Positions 17,713 through 26,359 of a stretch of DNA of 55,051 nucleotides are shown in pieces; within the stretch, counting starts at the first letter, position 1; each line of letters starts with the position of its first letter. The stretch lies in assembly GCA_047973165.1 (NCBI GenBank), contig JBKEBM010000071.1, positions 1-55,051 of the forward strand, read 5' to 3'. The notes under the pieces were generated by a model. That model did no database searches. It worked only from the letters and a program-made list of their open reading frames with translations, and was not told where the DNA came from. This stretch comes from Chthoniobacterales bacterium (GTDB taxonomy: Bacteria > Verrucomicrobiota > Verrucomicrobiia > Chthoniobacterales > JBKEAD01). The position numbers and the translations under genes were made by a program.

Positions 17713-18314
17713 CAGGGTTTTTTCCTGGAGGTGGATTCGGCGGCGGAGAGTTCAGCAGCAGCTTTTTCGGCGGCAGCCTGTGCGGCTTTGGTTTTGCGGT
17801 GCTCTTCGTAGATGATGCGATCCTGCCGTTTGCGTCTGCGTGTTTGATCCGGAGTTTCACCGATGATAGCAAAGCGCTGGCCGAGCTTCATAACCTCCAG
17901 GTTGGTGAGACCGGATGGGATGACAAGAAGACCGTCACGCACGGGGCGATCAATGCGCAGTTTTACCACGCCACGTCCGTCAACCAGGGCGACAAGGTAG
18001 CTGTTGAGCTCAGTGCTTGTGACATTTTCGACAGTATTTCGTCCGTGTGCTCCGAGCTGAAAATATGCTCCGTGAGTGCCGTCCGGAGTCGGAAAAGCAT
18101 AAAAGCCCTGGATATCTCTTTCGGTTACGACAGGCATTTTCTGGAGTGAAACGGGCTCTCCGTTAGCTGTTTTACCCCTTGTAACAAAGGGGTCCTGGTC
18201 ATTTGACCCTGCAACCAACTGAAAGCGGACAGTGACGGACGAGGGCTTTAAAGTTCCGGCGACAAAGATCAGTGCCACCACAGCGGGAATACATTTCAGG
18301 CGATTTAACTGCAT
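17712..18314 (-). CDS. Secreted/periplasmic hypothetical protein with a lysine/alanine-rich C-terminal tail
   Basis: 200 aa. Signal peptide MQLNRLKCIPAVVALIFVAG. The core pattern ...LVALVDGRGVVKLRIDRPVRDGLLVIPSGLTNLEVMKLGQRF loosely resembles SecD P1-head-like domains; that is a weak inference. Its stop overlaps the M23 start by 1 nt. Confidence 0.4.
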   Translation of the reverse strand: MQLNRLKCIPAVVALIFVAGTLKPSSVTVRFQLVAGSNDQDPFVTRGKTANGEPVSLQKMPVVTERDIQGFYAFPTPDGTHGAYFQLGAHGRNTVENVTSTELNSYLVALVDGRGVVKLRIDRPVRDGLLVIPSGLTNLEVMKLGQRFAIIGETPDQTRRRKRQDRIIYEEHRKTKAAQAAAEKAAAELSAAESTSRKKP

Positions 18315-18378
18315 GTGAAAGAGTCTAGCGATGTTCTTCGTATTTGCAACCCGGCGTAAAATTCTTTATGAAACTCAC

Positions 18379-19101
18379 ATGCCAACATTTGCGAGAATTT
18401 TTACCATTTCGATTTGCCTGACGGTTTCCGGTTTTCTGTTGCCGCTTTATGCGCAGGAAAATGTGAGCAACGCTGAGTTGAGACGTATTGTCGTCGAAGA
18501 GCTGGGAGACGGAGCGACGGTTTATGATGTGATTGATTTGCGGCGCCCGGATGAGATGAGTCCGTTTTTTGTCGATCAGTCCCTTGCGTATTATTATACG
18601 ACGGAGGAGGGGAAGGAGGCTTTGTTGTCCCGTTCGGTTGCCAAATATCCCTCGACGACAACTCCGGACAGTACCGATGTTTATGTGAAGAAATTTTTTA
18701 CCGGCCTGTTTGATTCGGTGCAGTTGGGTCCGGCGGACCGCTCTTCGCCATCGACCCTCGTTGTGGAACCTCAGAAATTTGTTTTGGCAGATCGCCGCGA
18801 GATCAGCGTGACTTTTCAGGTGAAAAATACGACACGGAATCTCGTTAAGCTGAATTTTAACACCGGACAGCGCTTCGATGTGACCATCCAGGATGCTACG
18901 GGACGGGTGCTTGAACGCTGGTCCGACGACAGGGGTTTTGAGAAATCTGCGGGAGTTGTTACAATCAATCCGCGTGAGTTTATTCAGTATTCGACTCGTA
19001 TTCCGACACGGGAACTCAAGGCAGGAGAGACTTACTACGTGGAAGCCAGCCTTGCGGATAACCCGGAATTTAAAGCTATCCAGGAAATTAACCCGCGCTA
19101 A
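18379..19101 (+). CDS. Secreted protein with a C-terminal BsuPI-like (intracellular proteinase inhibitor fold) domain
   Basis: An internal ATG at 18379 gives the signal peptide MPTFARIFTISICLTVSGFLLPLYAQ. The C-terminal pattern ISVTFQVKNTTRNLVKLNFNTGQRFDVTIQDATGRVLERWSDDRGF...INPREF fits the BsuPI domain pattern from memory. Confidence 0.5.
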   Translation: MPTFARIFTISICLTVSGFLLPLYAQENVSNAELRRIVVEELGDGATVYDVIDLRRPDEMSPFFVDQSLAYYYTTEEGKEALLSRSVAKYPSTTTPDSTDVYVKKFFTGLFDSVQLGPADRSSPSTLVVEPQKFVLADRREISVTFQVKNTTRNLVKLNFNTGQRFDVTIQDATGRVLERWSDDRGFEKSAGVVTINPREFIQYSTRIPTRELKAGETYYVEASLADNPEFKAIQEINPR

Positions 19102-19238
19102 AAGTATAATTTTTACTTGACCTTATCCGGCTATTGTTGGATTTGCGTCATAGCGTTGGCTGATTTTTAAGAAAAATTTGTTGCTAAAAAAGCAGCTACT
19201 AACTAAGCACCATTCCAAACAATAACCTATTATTTAAC

Positions 19239-19481
19239 ATGTCAGAAAAATCCATCGAAGAAAAAGTAAAAGCAATCATTGTAGATCAGCTCGGCGTTAA
19301 CGAAGAGCAAGTCACTCCGGCAGCCAGTTTCATTGAAGACCTCGGTGCAGACTCTCTTGATACCGTTGAATTAGTTATGGCTTTTGAGGAAGAATTCGGC
19401 GTTGAAGTTCCGGATGAAGATGCGGAGAAACTTCAGTCCGTCGGCGATGTAACCAAATACATTGAAGAACGCGCCAAGTAA
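19239..19481 (+). CDS. acpP: Acyl carrier protein
   Basis: 80 aa with the canonical phosphopantetheine site [20 protein letters not shown]. Confidence 0.95.
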   Translation: MSEKSIEEKVKAIIVDQLGVNEEQVTPAASFIEDLGADSLDTVELVMAFEEEFGVEVPDEDAEKLQSVGDVTKYIEERAK

Positions 19482-19501
19482 TCTAACTTTTCCATTTTTT
19501 T

Positions 19502-19548
19502 AAAGCAGAGCCGCTGGTGTTTCAGAAGCACCAGCGGTTCTCTGCTTT
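19502..19548 (+). terminator. Long hairpin downstream of acpP (terminator-like)
   Basis: AAAGCAGAG-CCGCTGGTG-loop-CACCAGCGG-tt-CTCTGCTTT, an 18-bp interrupted stem. The U-tract is weak. Confidence 0.6.
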
Positions 19549-19629
19549 AAGTCCTCCTCGGACATCCCGACTTGTAAAATTCATAAGGGTTTCTTAGTTT
19601 GCCGACTCGCCCTCAGCCACTCGCATGAG

Positions 19630-21123
19630 ATGAAATTTTCTGCTTTTTTAGAATCCGCTCAGAGATTTTCCCGATACTGTACGAATCATTCTCTTTCCCA
19701 GGTGCTTGTGTTTCAGCGGTTAAAAAGTCTTCGTGCCTGGCTCCTGTATCTTCTGGCACTGCTGATTCTGGCTGCTGTGATGCTTTCTCTTGGCTGGCAG
19801 CTCGCCCCGCAGATTCGCCCTGATCCGGACAGCTCGGACCAGGGTGCTTACGCTTACCTTGCCAGGCAGATGAAAGACGCTGCCTGGCCTGCTGCCACGG
19901 ATGGAGTAAGAAATCCACTCTTTCCCTGGCTGACGGCTAAGTTTGTGGAGCCGACGTTTAAAGAACACTCTGAAATTGCGGCTTACATGATTCCAGGAAA
20001 ACGCTTCAATGCAGCCCTTGCTACTCTGATCTCTCTGCTCATCGGGCTACTTGCGGCATTTTATCTGCCTCCGCTTCCGGCCTGGAATGTGGCGGCGGTC
20101 AGCGGTCTGGCCTGTCTTTTGCCGATCGCATCTTACTTTGGAGCTGAGCCGCTTTTTTACGGACTTAATTTTGCAGTGTGGTTCCTGGGGGTATGGCTGC
20201 TGCTGAGAAATCCGATTTGGGGTTACGTTTTATTTGGAATTTTTGTTGGCTTTGCTTACCTGGCAAAGCCCTCCACGACACCTTTTGTAGCACTGTTTAT
20301 CTGGATGTCGTTACTCCGGATTGTTTGCTGTTACATCCCGTCTTTGCCATCGGCACTGCGTGCGCTGAACTGGAAACCCTGGCGTTTTGCGGTGGGGATT
20401 TTGCTCTTCGCTCTCATCCAGGGAGCAATTATTTTGCCCAGGTGCTTTTATGCTGAAGAGCACTATGGTGATCCGTTTTATAGTGCGCCGAGCAAGTGGT
20501 TCTGGATTTCTGAATGGAGTATGGCCTATCCGAAATACCAACTCGTTCGGGAACAGGACCTCGCAAAAATGAGTGAGGACGAGCAGCCCACACCTTCTAA
20601 TTTTATCAAACATCACGGCTGGAGTTTTGCCTGGTGGAAGCTGGGTAACGGTACCTTTGTGCGTCTCCAACAACTTATTATTCCGGAGGAGACTTTTCGC
20701 AAAAAGGTTGAAAAAAGAGGACGCCCTCGCAAGGTTCTGCTTCCGTTTCGTGGCATGTATTTGGGAAGCTCGCTTATCCTTATGCTCATTTTGCTGGGCT
20801 TCGTACTTGCAAAAAAACGCTATGACATGCTGGGACCCTGGGCTTTTCCTTTTGTTTTTATTCTGGGTACTTTTACAGCCTACACTCTGGCCTATGGCTG
20901 GTTTCTGGGAATCGGTCCAGGTCCGCGTTACATCATGTCGATGTATATTCCTCTCTTTTTTTTCAGTATGTTTGCGGCGTATTTTCTGCGTCGAATTTCT
21001 GCGGATACTACTTCGGACAGCATTTATCTTCTGGCCCAGATAGCCCCTCTGGCCTTCATCGTTCCTCGGCTCATCAGTCTGTTTCTGCGTCCCGAGTGGG
21101 AACGGATGCTTTACGCTTTTTGA
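19630..21123 (+). CDS. Polytopic membrane protein, ArnT/GT-C-like glycosyltransferase candidate, paralog 1 of a second tandem pair
   Basis: 497 aa with many TM helices. First-loop motif SSDQGAYAYLARQM...ATDGVRNPLFPWLTAKF. Confidence 0.5.
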   Translation: MKFSAFLESAQRFSRYCTNHSLSQVLVFQRLKSLRAWLLYLLALLILAAVMLSLGWQLAPQIRPDPDSSDQGAYAYLARQMKDAAWPAATDGVRNPLFPWLTAKFVEPTFKEHSEIAAYMIPGKRFNAALATLISLLIGLLAAFYLPPLPAWNVAAVSGLACLLPIASYFGAEPLFYGLNFAVWFLGVWLLLRNPIWGYVLFGIFVGFAYLAKPSTTPFVALFIWMSLLRIVCCYIPSLPSALRALNWKPWRFAVGILLFALIQGAIILPRCFYAEEHYGDPFYSAPSKWFWISEWSMAYPKYQLVREQDLAKMSEDEQPTPSNFIKHHGWSFAWWKLGNGTFVRLQQLIIPEETFRKKVEKRGRPRKVLLPFRGMYLGSSLILMLILLGFVLAKKRYDMLGPWAFPFVFILGTFTAYTLAYGWFLGIGPGPRYIMSMYIPLFFFSMFAAYFLRRISADTTSDSIYLLAQIAPLAFIVPRLISLFLRPEWERMLYAF

Positions 21124-21133
21124 TTTTTAAAAA

Positions 21134-22594
21134 ATGCTGTCACGCCTGCTTCCCATTTTGAAACGGTTTGCCGACGGTCTGGCAGCAATTGCTTCTGCGC
21201 GAGTTCAAAGTAATGTGTATATTGCTGCAACTTATTCTCTGGCGACGATACTGAGCCTGCTTATTTTTCTCCTGGTTGGACTACGTCTTGTCGAACAAAC
21301 AAACCAGGACTCGCTGGGTTCGGACCAGGGTGCCTATATCCGCCTGGCACAGGAGCAGCAGGCTGCCTGGTATCCCTTTGCGACGGATGGTTCGCGTAAT
21401 GGATTCATCTCCTGGATCACTGCAAAAATCAGTGATCCCACAAGCGATACTTTTTTTATTTCTGCCAAAAGAACTAATATTGCGGTGGCGGCATTAATCA
21501 CTCTGGGGATGGCGATTTATTTTGGACTTCAGTTACCGGCTTTGACTGCGTGGAATCTGACGATATTGAGTGGTTTCGGCGCACTCCTCGGAATCGGAAG
21601 TTTTTTTGGCGGCGAAGTTTTGCTCTACGGAAGTTTTTTTGGATTTTGGGTATCGGCAATTCGTTTTTTGCAAAAACCAGCCGTGACACCGGCACTGTTT
21701 ACCGCTTTTTTTGCCGCTGCTTCCTACCTTGCAAAGCCCTCTGTTGGCCCCGCTTTGCAGATGCTTTTCGTTTTTTGTATCGCGATTATTTTTCTGGCTT
21801 TTTTTCCGGGGTGGAGTCGTCGATTTTTTAATCCGAAGGACTGGTTTTACAAAAAGTCTCTTGCTCCGCTTTTGGTTCTTTTTGTGTTATTTTTCGTTCT
21901 GACTGCCCCGCGTGCCTGGGACTCCTGGAAAAAATTTGATACTCCTTTCTACAATATCGGTAAATACACTTTCTGGCTGGACGACTGGGATTCCGGCTAC
22001 CACTATCTTGGTTTGTTTCGTAAGGATCGCATAATGGAAGTTGACGAAAGTATCCGTCCGACTCCGCAGAGTTACTTTGCCAGAAACGGTTTTAGCGGCG
22101 CATGGAAACGCCTTCAGACAGGCGTCAGCACCCGGCTGCAGCAGTTTTTTCTCCCGGAAAAAAAAGTTAAACTCTTCGCTCCCGAACGCAAAGGAGAGCA
22201 TCGAGTTCTCCTCACTCACCGCGGATTTTATATTAGCCTGCTGTTCTGTACACTGCTGGCACTCGGTGCGTCGGGAATTATTTTTAAAACACTGCCCGCC
22301 GTTTCGATATGGTGCACACCCGCACTTTACGCAGGGGGTTGTTTTTTTGCTTATCTCCTGGCGTTTGGATGGTTCCTGCCTGTCGGTCCGGGGCATCGTT
22401 TTATGATGATGTTTTACATCCCCCTTGCCTGGACGGCGGTAGTGGCATCAGATATGGTGGCGCGTTCTTTTAATAAAAAAGAACCCCTGGCTCTGCTGGC
22501 ACTAACCCAGCTTTTCATCACGATGTTGTTGGTGAGTCGTCTTTGGGTGCTCCGGATGACACCTCAATTCGGTGAGATACGTTTTACATTTTAG
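21134..22594 (+). CDS. Polytopic membrane protein, ArnT/GT-C-like glycosyltransferase candidate, paralog 2 of the second tandem pair
   Basis: 486 aa. It is collinear with 19630-21123: GSDQGAYIRLAQEQ...ATDGSRNGFISWITAKI, YLAKPS in both, and GPGPRYIM vs GPGHRFMM. Confidence 0.5.
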   Translation: MLSRLLPILKRFADGLAAIASARVQSNVYIAATYSLATILSLLIFLLVGLRLVEQTNQDSLGSDQGAYIRLAQEQQAAWYPFATDGSRNGFISWITAKISDPTSDTFFISAKRTNIAVAALITLGMAIYFGLQLPALTAWNLTILSGFGALLGIGSFFGGEVLLYGSFFGFWVSAIRFLQKPAVTPALFTAFFAAASYLAKPSVGPALQMLFVFCIAIIFLAFFPGWSRRFFNPKDWFYKKSLAPLLVLFVLFFVLTAPRAWDSWKKFDTPFYNIGKYTFWLDDWDSGYHYLGLFRKDRIMEVDESIRPTPQSYFARNGFSGAWKRLQTGVSTRLQQFFLPEKKVKLFAPERKGEHRVLLTHRGFYISLLFCTLLALGASGIIFKTLPAVSIWCTPALYAGGCFFAYLLAFGWFLPVGPGHRFMMMFYIPLAWTAVVASDMVARSFNKKEPLALLALTQLFITMLLVSRLWVLRMTPQFGEIRFTF

Positions 22595-22598
22595 AGCC

Positions 22599-22760
22599 CA
22601 CCCGAAAACCTCATTTTGAGCACAGAGTTGTTCAAAATCCCGGAGACGGCGTTGAAAAGATACCCGTTGGGACAAGGCCAACGGCTATCGTTTTGCCTTA
22701 TCTCCAAAATTTTGTACGGCCTTTCTGCGAAAAGTAGGTTTCCGGGTGTACCCTTTAGTT
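22599..22760 (+). repeat. Conserved ~160-nt non-coding element, copy B (inverted relative to copy A at 327-486)
   Basis: It fills essentially the whole convergent spacer between the stop at 22592-22594 and the pgsA stop at 22763-22765. By manual alignment it is roughly 85% identical to the reverse complement of copy A. Confidence 0.8.
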
Positions 22761-22762
22761 TA

Positions 22763-23332
22763 TCAGCGTTCGTCAATGAGGTTGCGATGACGCCACAGGT
22801 AGGCCAGGCCGGAATACAAAGTCAGTGCGGTTGTGCCATAAACCAAAAAGGCCCCGACTTTATTCCACGCAAACTGATACCAGCTTGCGTTCGTGGAGGA
22901 CCAGTCTCCCACTGCAAGTAAAAGCAGAAAAAAAATCGCAGTAACCATTTGCCAGGCCGTTTTGTGTTTCCCAATTTTTTCGGCGGGCAGTACGACGGAT
23001 TTTGCACTGGCCAGGGTGCGCAGGCCGGTTATTAGAAATTCCCGACTGATGATTACAATGACCGCCCAGGCCGGCATTGCTCCTTTTTCAGTTAAAATTA
23101 TGAATGCTGAAGCCACGAGGATTTTGTCGGCTAGCGGGTCCATCAGTTTTCCGAAATCCGTAATGAGGTTTCGCTGCCGCGCAATTTTTCCGTCCAGGTA
23201 ATCCGTCAACACCGCAATCAGAAAAAAAACCAGTGCAAAGGTGCTGCTTTTCGGCCATTGGAGCGTCAGGGCAGCCACAAAAAACACCGTCACAACAAGA
23301 CGGCTGAGAGTGAGCTTGTTCGGTAAATTCAT
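22763..23332 (-). CDS. pgsA: CDP-diacylglycerol--glycerol-3-phosphate 3-phosphatidyltransferase
   Basis: 189 aa. NKLTLSRL start and the CDP-alcohol phosphatidyltransferase motif DYLDGKIAR...G...DPLADK. Confidence 0.9.
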   Translation of the reverse strand: MNLPNKLTLSRLVVTVFFVAALTLQWPKSSTFALVFFLIAVLTDYLDGKIARQRNLITDFGKLMDPLADKILVASAFIILTEKGAMPAWAVIVIISREFLITGLRTLASAKSVVLPAEKIGKHKTAWQMVTAIFFLLLLAVGDWSSTNASWYQFAWNKVGAFLVYGTTALTLYSGLAYLWRHRNLIDER

Positions 23333-23456
23333 TCAGTATCCGGAAAAATTCTTAAAAGAGACTTAAAAACTATAACTACAAAAGTCCATTGCATTCCACG
23401 CCCCAAAAAGCATACGCTGCCGCTCCGCATTTATTAATTTAAAACTACAAGCATCT

Positions 23457-24875
23457 ATGAGCACAAATGATATTGGTTTAGTTGGTCTCGCCGTAATGGG
23501 AGAAAACCTGGTTCTCAACATGGAAAGCAAAGGCTTTTCCGTAAGCGTTTACAACCGCACTACAGCCGTCACCGAAAAGTTCGCTGCAGGGCGCGGAGCC
23601 GGAAAAAATATCTTTGCTGCAAAAACGCTCGAAGAATTTGTCGGCTCCCTCAAACGTCCGCGTAAAGCCATGATCATGGTAAAAGCAGGTGCCCCGGTTG
23701 ACGCGGTGATCGAGCAACTCATCCCTCTGCTTGAACCAGGCGACGTCATTATCGACGGCGGCAACTCTCTCTGGACCGACACCCAGCGGCGTGAAAAATA
23801 CCTCCGCGAAAAAAATCTGCACTTTGTCGGCTGCGGCGTCTCCGGCGGCGAGGAGGGTGCCCTCAAAGGTCCGTCCATGATGCCAGGCGGCTCTCAGGAT
23901 TCCTGGTCTGCGGTTGGTCCGATTTTTCAAAGAATTGCTGCGATTGTGGACGACGAACCCTGCTGTCGCCACATGGGGCCCGACGGAGCCGGGCATTACG
24001 TCAAGATGGTTCACAACGGTATCGAATACGGCGACATGCAGCTTATTTGCGAGGCCTACGCAATACTAAAAAATGTTCTCGGCCTCTCCGCCCAGGAACT
24101 TCACGAAGTTTTTGCCGAGTGGAACAGTGGCGAACTCAACAGCTACCTGATCGAAATCACCGCTCACATTTTCACAAAAACGGACCCCGAAACCGGAAAG
24201 CCTCTCGTCGATGTTATCATGGACAAAGCCGGACAAAAAGGCACCGGCAAGTGGACTGTCGGCCATGCCGTCGAAATGGCGGTTCCTCTTTCCACCATCA
24301 GCAGCGCTGTCGAAGCACGCATCCTCTCCTCATTAAAATCCGAGCGCGTCGAAGCCGCTAAACAACTCGTCGGTCCCGCTTCTGTTAAATACACGGGCGA
24401 CAAAAAGCAACTCATCGACGCCGTTCGCGATGCACTCTACGCCAGCAAAATCGTCAGCTATGCCCAGGGCTTTGTGCAGCTCGGTGCTGCTGCGAATGAA
24501 TACGGATGGAAATTAAACTTTGGTGATATCGCTACCATCTGGCGTGGAGGCTGCATCATTCGTGCTCATTTCCTCAACCGCATCAAGGAAGCCTACGAAG
24601 CCGATGCCGATCTGAAAAACCTCATGCTGGCACCTTTCTTCCGCGACATTCTCACTCAGTCGCAACAGTCCTGGCGCCTGGCCGTCACCACCGCCGTCAA
24701 CCACGGCATCCCGGCACCTGCTTTCAGCGCATCACTCGCTTACTACGACAGCTATCGCTCCGCCACCCTGCCGGCAAATTTACTCCAGGCCCAGCGCGAC
24801 TTCTTTGGTGCTCACACCTACGAACGCACCGACAAACCTGAGGGAGAATTTTTCCATACCGAATGGCTGGATTGA
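23457..24875 (+). CDS. gnd: 6-phosphogluconate dehydrogenase, decarboxylating
   Basis: 472 aa. IGLVGLAVMGENLVLN, GGNS..DT, HYVKMVHNGIEYGDMQLI and GTGKWT motifs. Confidence 0.95.
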   Translation: MSTNDIGLVGLAVMGENLVLNMESKGFSVSVYNRTTAVTEKFAAGRGAGKNIFAAKTLEEFVGSLKRPRKAMIMVKAGAPVDAVIEQLIPLLEPGDVIIDGGNSLWTDTQRREKYLREKNLHFVGCGVSGGEEGALKGPSMMPGGSQDSWSAVGPIFQRIAAIVDDEPCCRHMGPDGAGHYVKMVHNGIEYGDMQLICEAYAILKNVLGLSAQELHEVFAEWNSGELNSYLIEITAHIFTKTDPETGKPLVDVIMDKAGQKGTGKWTVGHAVEMAVPLSTISSAVEARILSSLKSERVEAAKQLVGPASVKYTGDKKQLIDAVRDALYASKIVSYAQGFVQLGAAANEYGWKLNFGDIATIWRGGCIIRAHFLNRIKEAYEADADLKNLMLAPFFRDILTQSQQSWRLAVTTAVNHGIPAPAFSASLAYYDSYRSATLPANLLQAQRDFFGAHTYERTDKPEGEFFHTEWLD

Positions 24876-25018
24876 ATATCGGCTGAAAAGAAAGCTCCGC
24901 CGGAAGAGGCTCTTTTTTGTTCAGGAGTTTCCGAATTCGTCTCTTACAGATTTATGAAAGGATGCTGCTTGCTTCGCGGCTGATTTTCTGTTGTCTCATG
25001 TTGCTCCTCTTTTAAAAA

Positions 25019-25669
25019 ATGCCAGGCGAAAACAAAATAAACGAAGTCGAACCAACACCGCTCGAACAAGCACGCGCCCACAAAAATCCGCTTCGCAAAC
25101 TCTACTTCTGGACCCTGCACTGGGCAAACACCCGCTATGCTATTCCCGCACTCGCGGCACTGTCTTTCATAGAGTCGTCCTTTTTTCCTATCCCGCCGGA
25201 TGTCCTCCTCATGGCCATCTGTTTTTCCTCACCGAAAGTGTGGTTTCGCGCCGCTCTCTGGTGCACAATAGCATCCGTCGCCGGCGGCGTCCTCGGCTAC
25301 TATATCGGCTGGGGGTTATGGGAAACTGTCGGTCAGCCCATTGTCACTTTTTACCACGCCGAAGACACAATGAACCACGTTCAGCAGTGGTATGAAACAT
25401 ACGGCTTCTGGGGAATCCTCCTCGCGGCAATTACACCCATTCCCTACAAAATTTTCACCATTGCATCCGGCATGCTGAGCTTCAGCCTCTGGCAACTCAT
25501 TCTCGCCTCTGTCATCGGTCGCGGCCTGCGCTTCTTTCTCGTGGCCGGCCTCATCCGTGCGGGTGGACCAAAAATAAAACCCTTCCTCGAAAAACACTTC
25601 GAACTCGCGCTTGCTGCAGGCACTATCGTCGGCATCATCGGCTTCCTTGCCATCAAATTTCTGGCATGA
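25019..25669 (+). CDS. YqaA/DedA (SNARE-associated) family membrane protein
   Basis: 216 aa. ALSFIESSFFPIPPDVLL motif. Its stop overlaps the next start (ATGA). Confidence 0.75.
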   Translation: MPGENKINEVEPTPLEQARAHKNPLRKLYFWTLHWANTRYAIPALAALSFIESSFFPIPPDVLLMAICFSSPKVWFRAALWCTIASVAGGVLGYYIGWGLWETVGQPIVTFYHAEDTMNHVQQWYETYGFWGILLAAITPIPYKIFTIASGMLSFSLWQLILASVIGRGLRFFLVAGLIRAGGPKIKPFLEKHFELALAAGTIVGIIGFLAIKFLA

Positions 25670-26298
25670 ACGTGAACCACCCACTGCGCTCTTTCCTCAG
25701 CAGCCTGGGAAATACCCTCCTTGCTGGAGTCGCCGTCGCCGTTCCGCTGATCGTCACGATACTCCTGCTGCGAGTGGCCTACCTCGCGGTCAACAACGTT
25801 ACGGCACCCATTTTCAAAGCCCTTGGCCTCGACTGGCCGGGAATCGGCTTTGCCTCCACTATCATTCTTGTCCTGCTGCTCGGCATCATGGCCCGAAATG
25901 TTCTTGGTCGCAAAATTATCCAGTTTATTGACAGCATTTTTTTAAATGTTCCCATCATCTCACAGGTTTACGGCGGAGTGAAGCAAGCTCTGGAATCCTT
26001 TAAATCTCTGAAAACAAAAAAAAGTTTTAAAAGCGTCGCCTACATCGAATACCCCAGCGAAGGCTGCCGCCTCATCGGCTTCGTCACCGGCACTCTAAAC
26101 GACCCCGCCATCGGTCAGGAAATGACGACCGTCTTCCTCCCCACCTCACCAAACCCGCTCACCGGTTTCGTCGTAGCCATACCGAGCGACAAAGTCATCG
26201 AAAGCGGCCTTTCCCTCGAACAAGCCAGCAAAGTCATCGTCTCCGCCGGCTTAGTCTCTCCCACCCTCGCCGAATTCAAAACAGCCGCCCACGGCTAA
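25666..26298 (+). CDS. DUF502 family membrane protein
   Basis: 210 aa. An N-terminal TM pair and a conserved ...GFVTG...VFLPTSPNPLTGF motif. Confidence 0.7.
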   Translation: MNVNHPLRSFLSSLGNTLLAGVAVAVPLIVTILLLRVAYLAVNNVTAPIFKALGLDWPGIGFASTIILVLLLGIMARNVLGRKIIQFIDSIFLNVPIISQVYGGVKQALESFKSLKTKKSFKSVAYIEYPSEGCRLIGFVTGTLNDPAIGQEMTTVFLPTSPNPLTGFVVAIPSDKVIESGLSLEQASKVIVSAGLVSPTLAEFKTAAHG

Positions 26299-26359
26299 TA
26301 CAAATCAAGTGAGAAAGTCTAGATTTTTCAAAGAGGTGGTATCAGAGGGGCACTTTGCA

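Noticed and set aside
327-22760. Composite transposon or genomic island bounded by the inverted element copies
   Set aside because: The interior consists of housekeeping and envelope genes (his, rsmE, rfbBD, acpP). There is no transposase, integrase or tRNA boundary. Only the weaker possibility of inversion is retained.
24876-25018. Possible terminator or riboswitch between gnd and the YqaA-family gene
   Set aside because: Only an imperfect 3-4-bp stem lies before the T-run at about 24887-24922, and no conserved RNA motif was recognised. Too weak to call.
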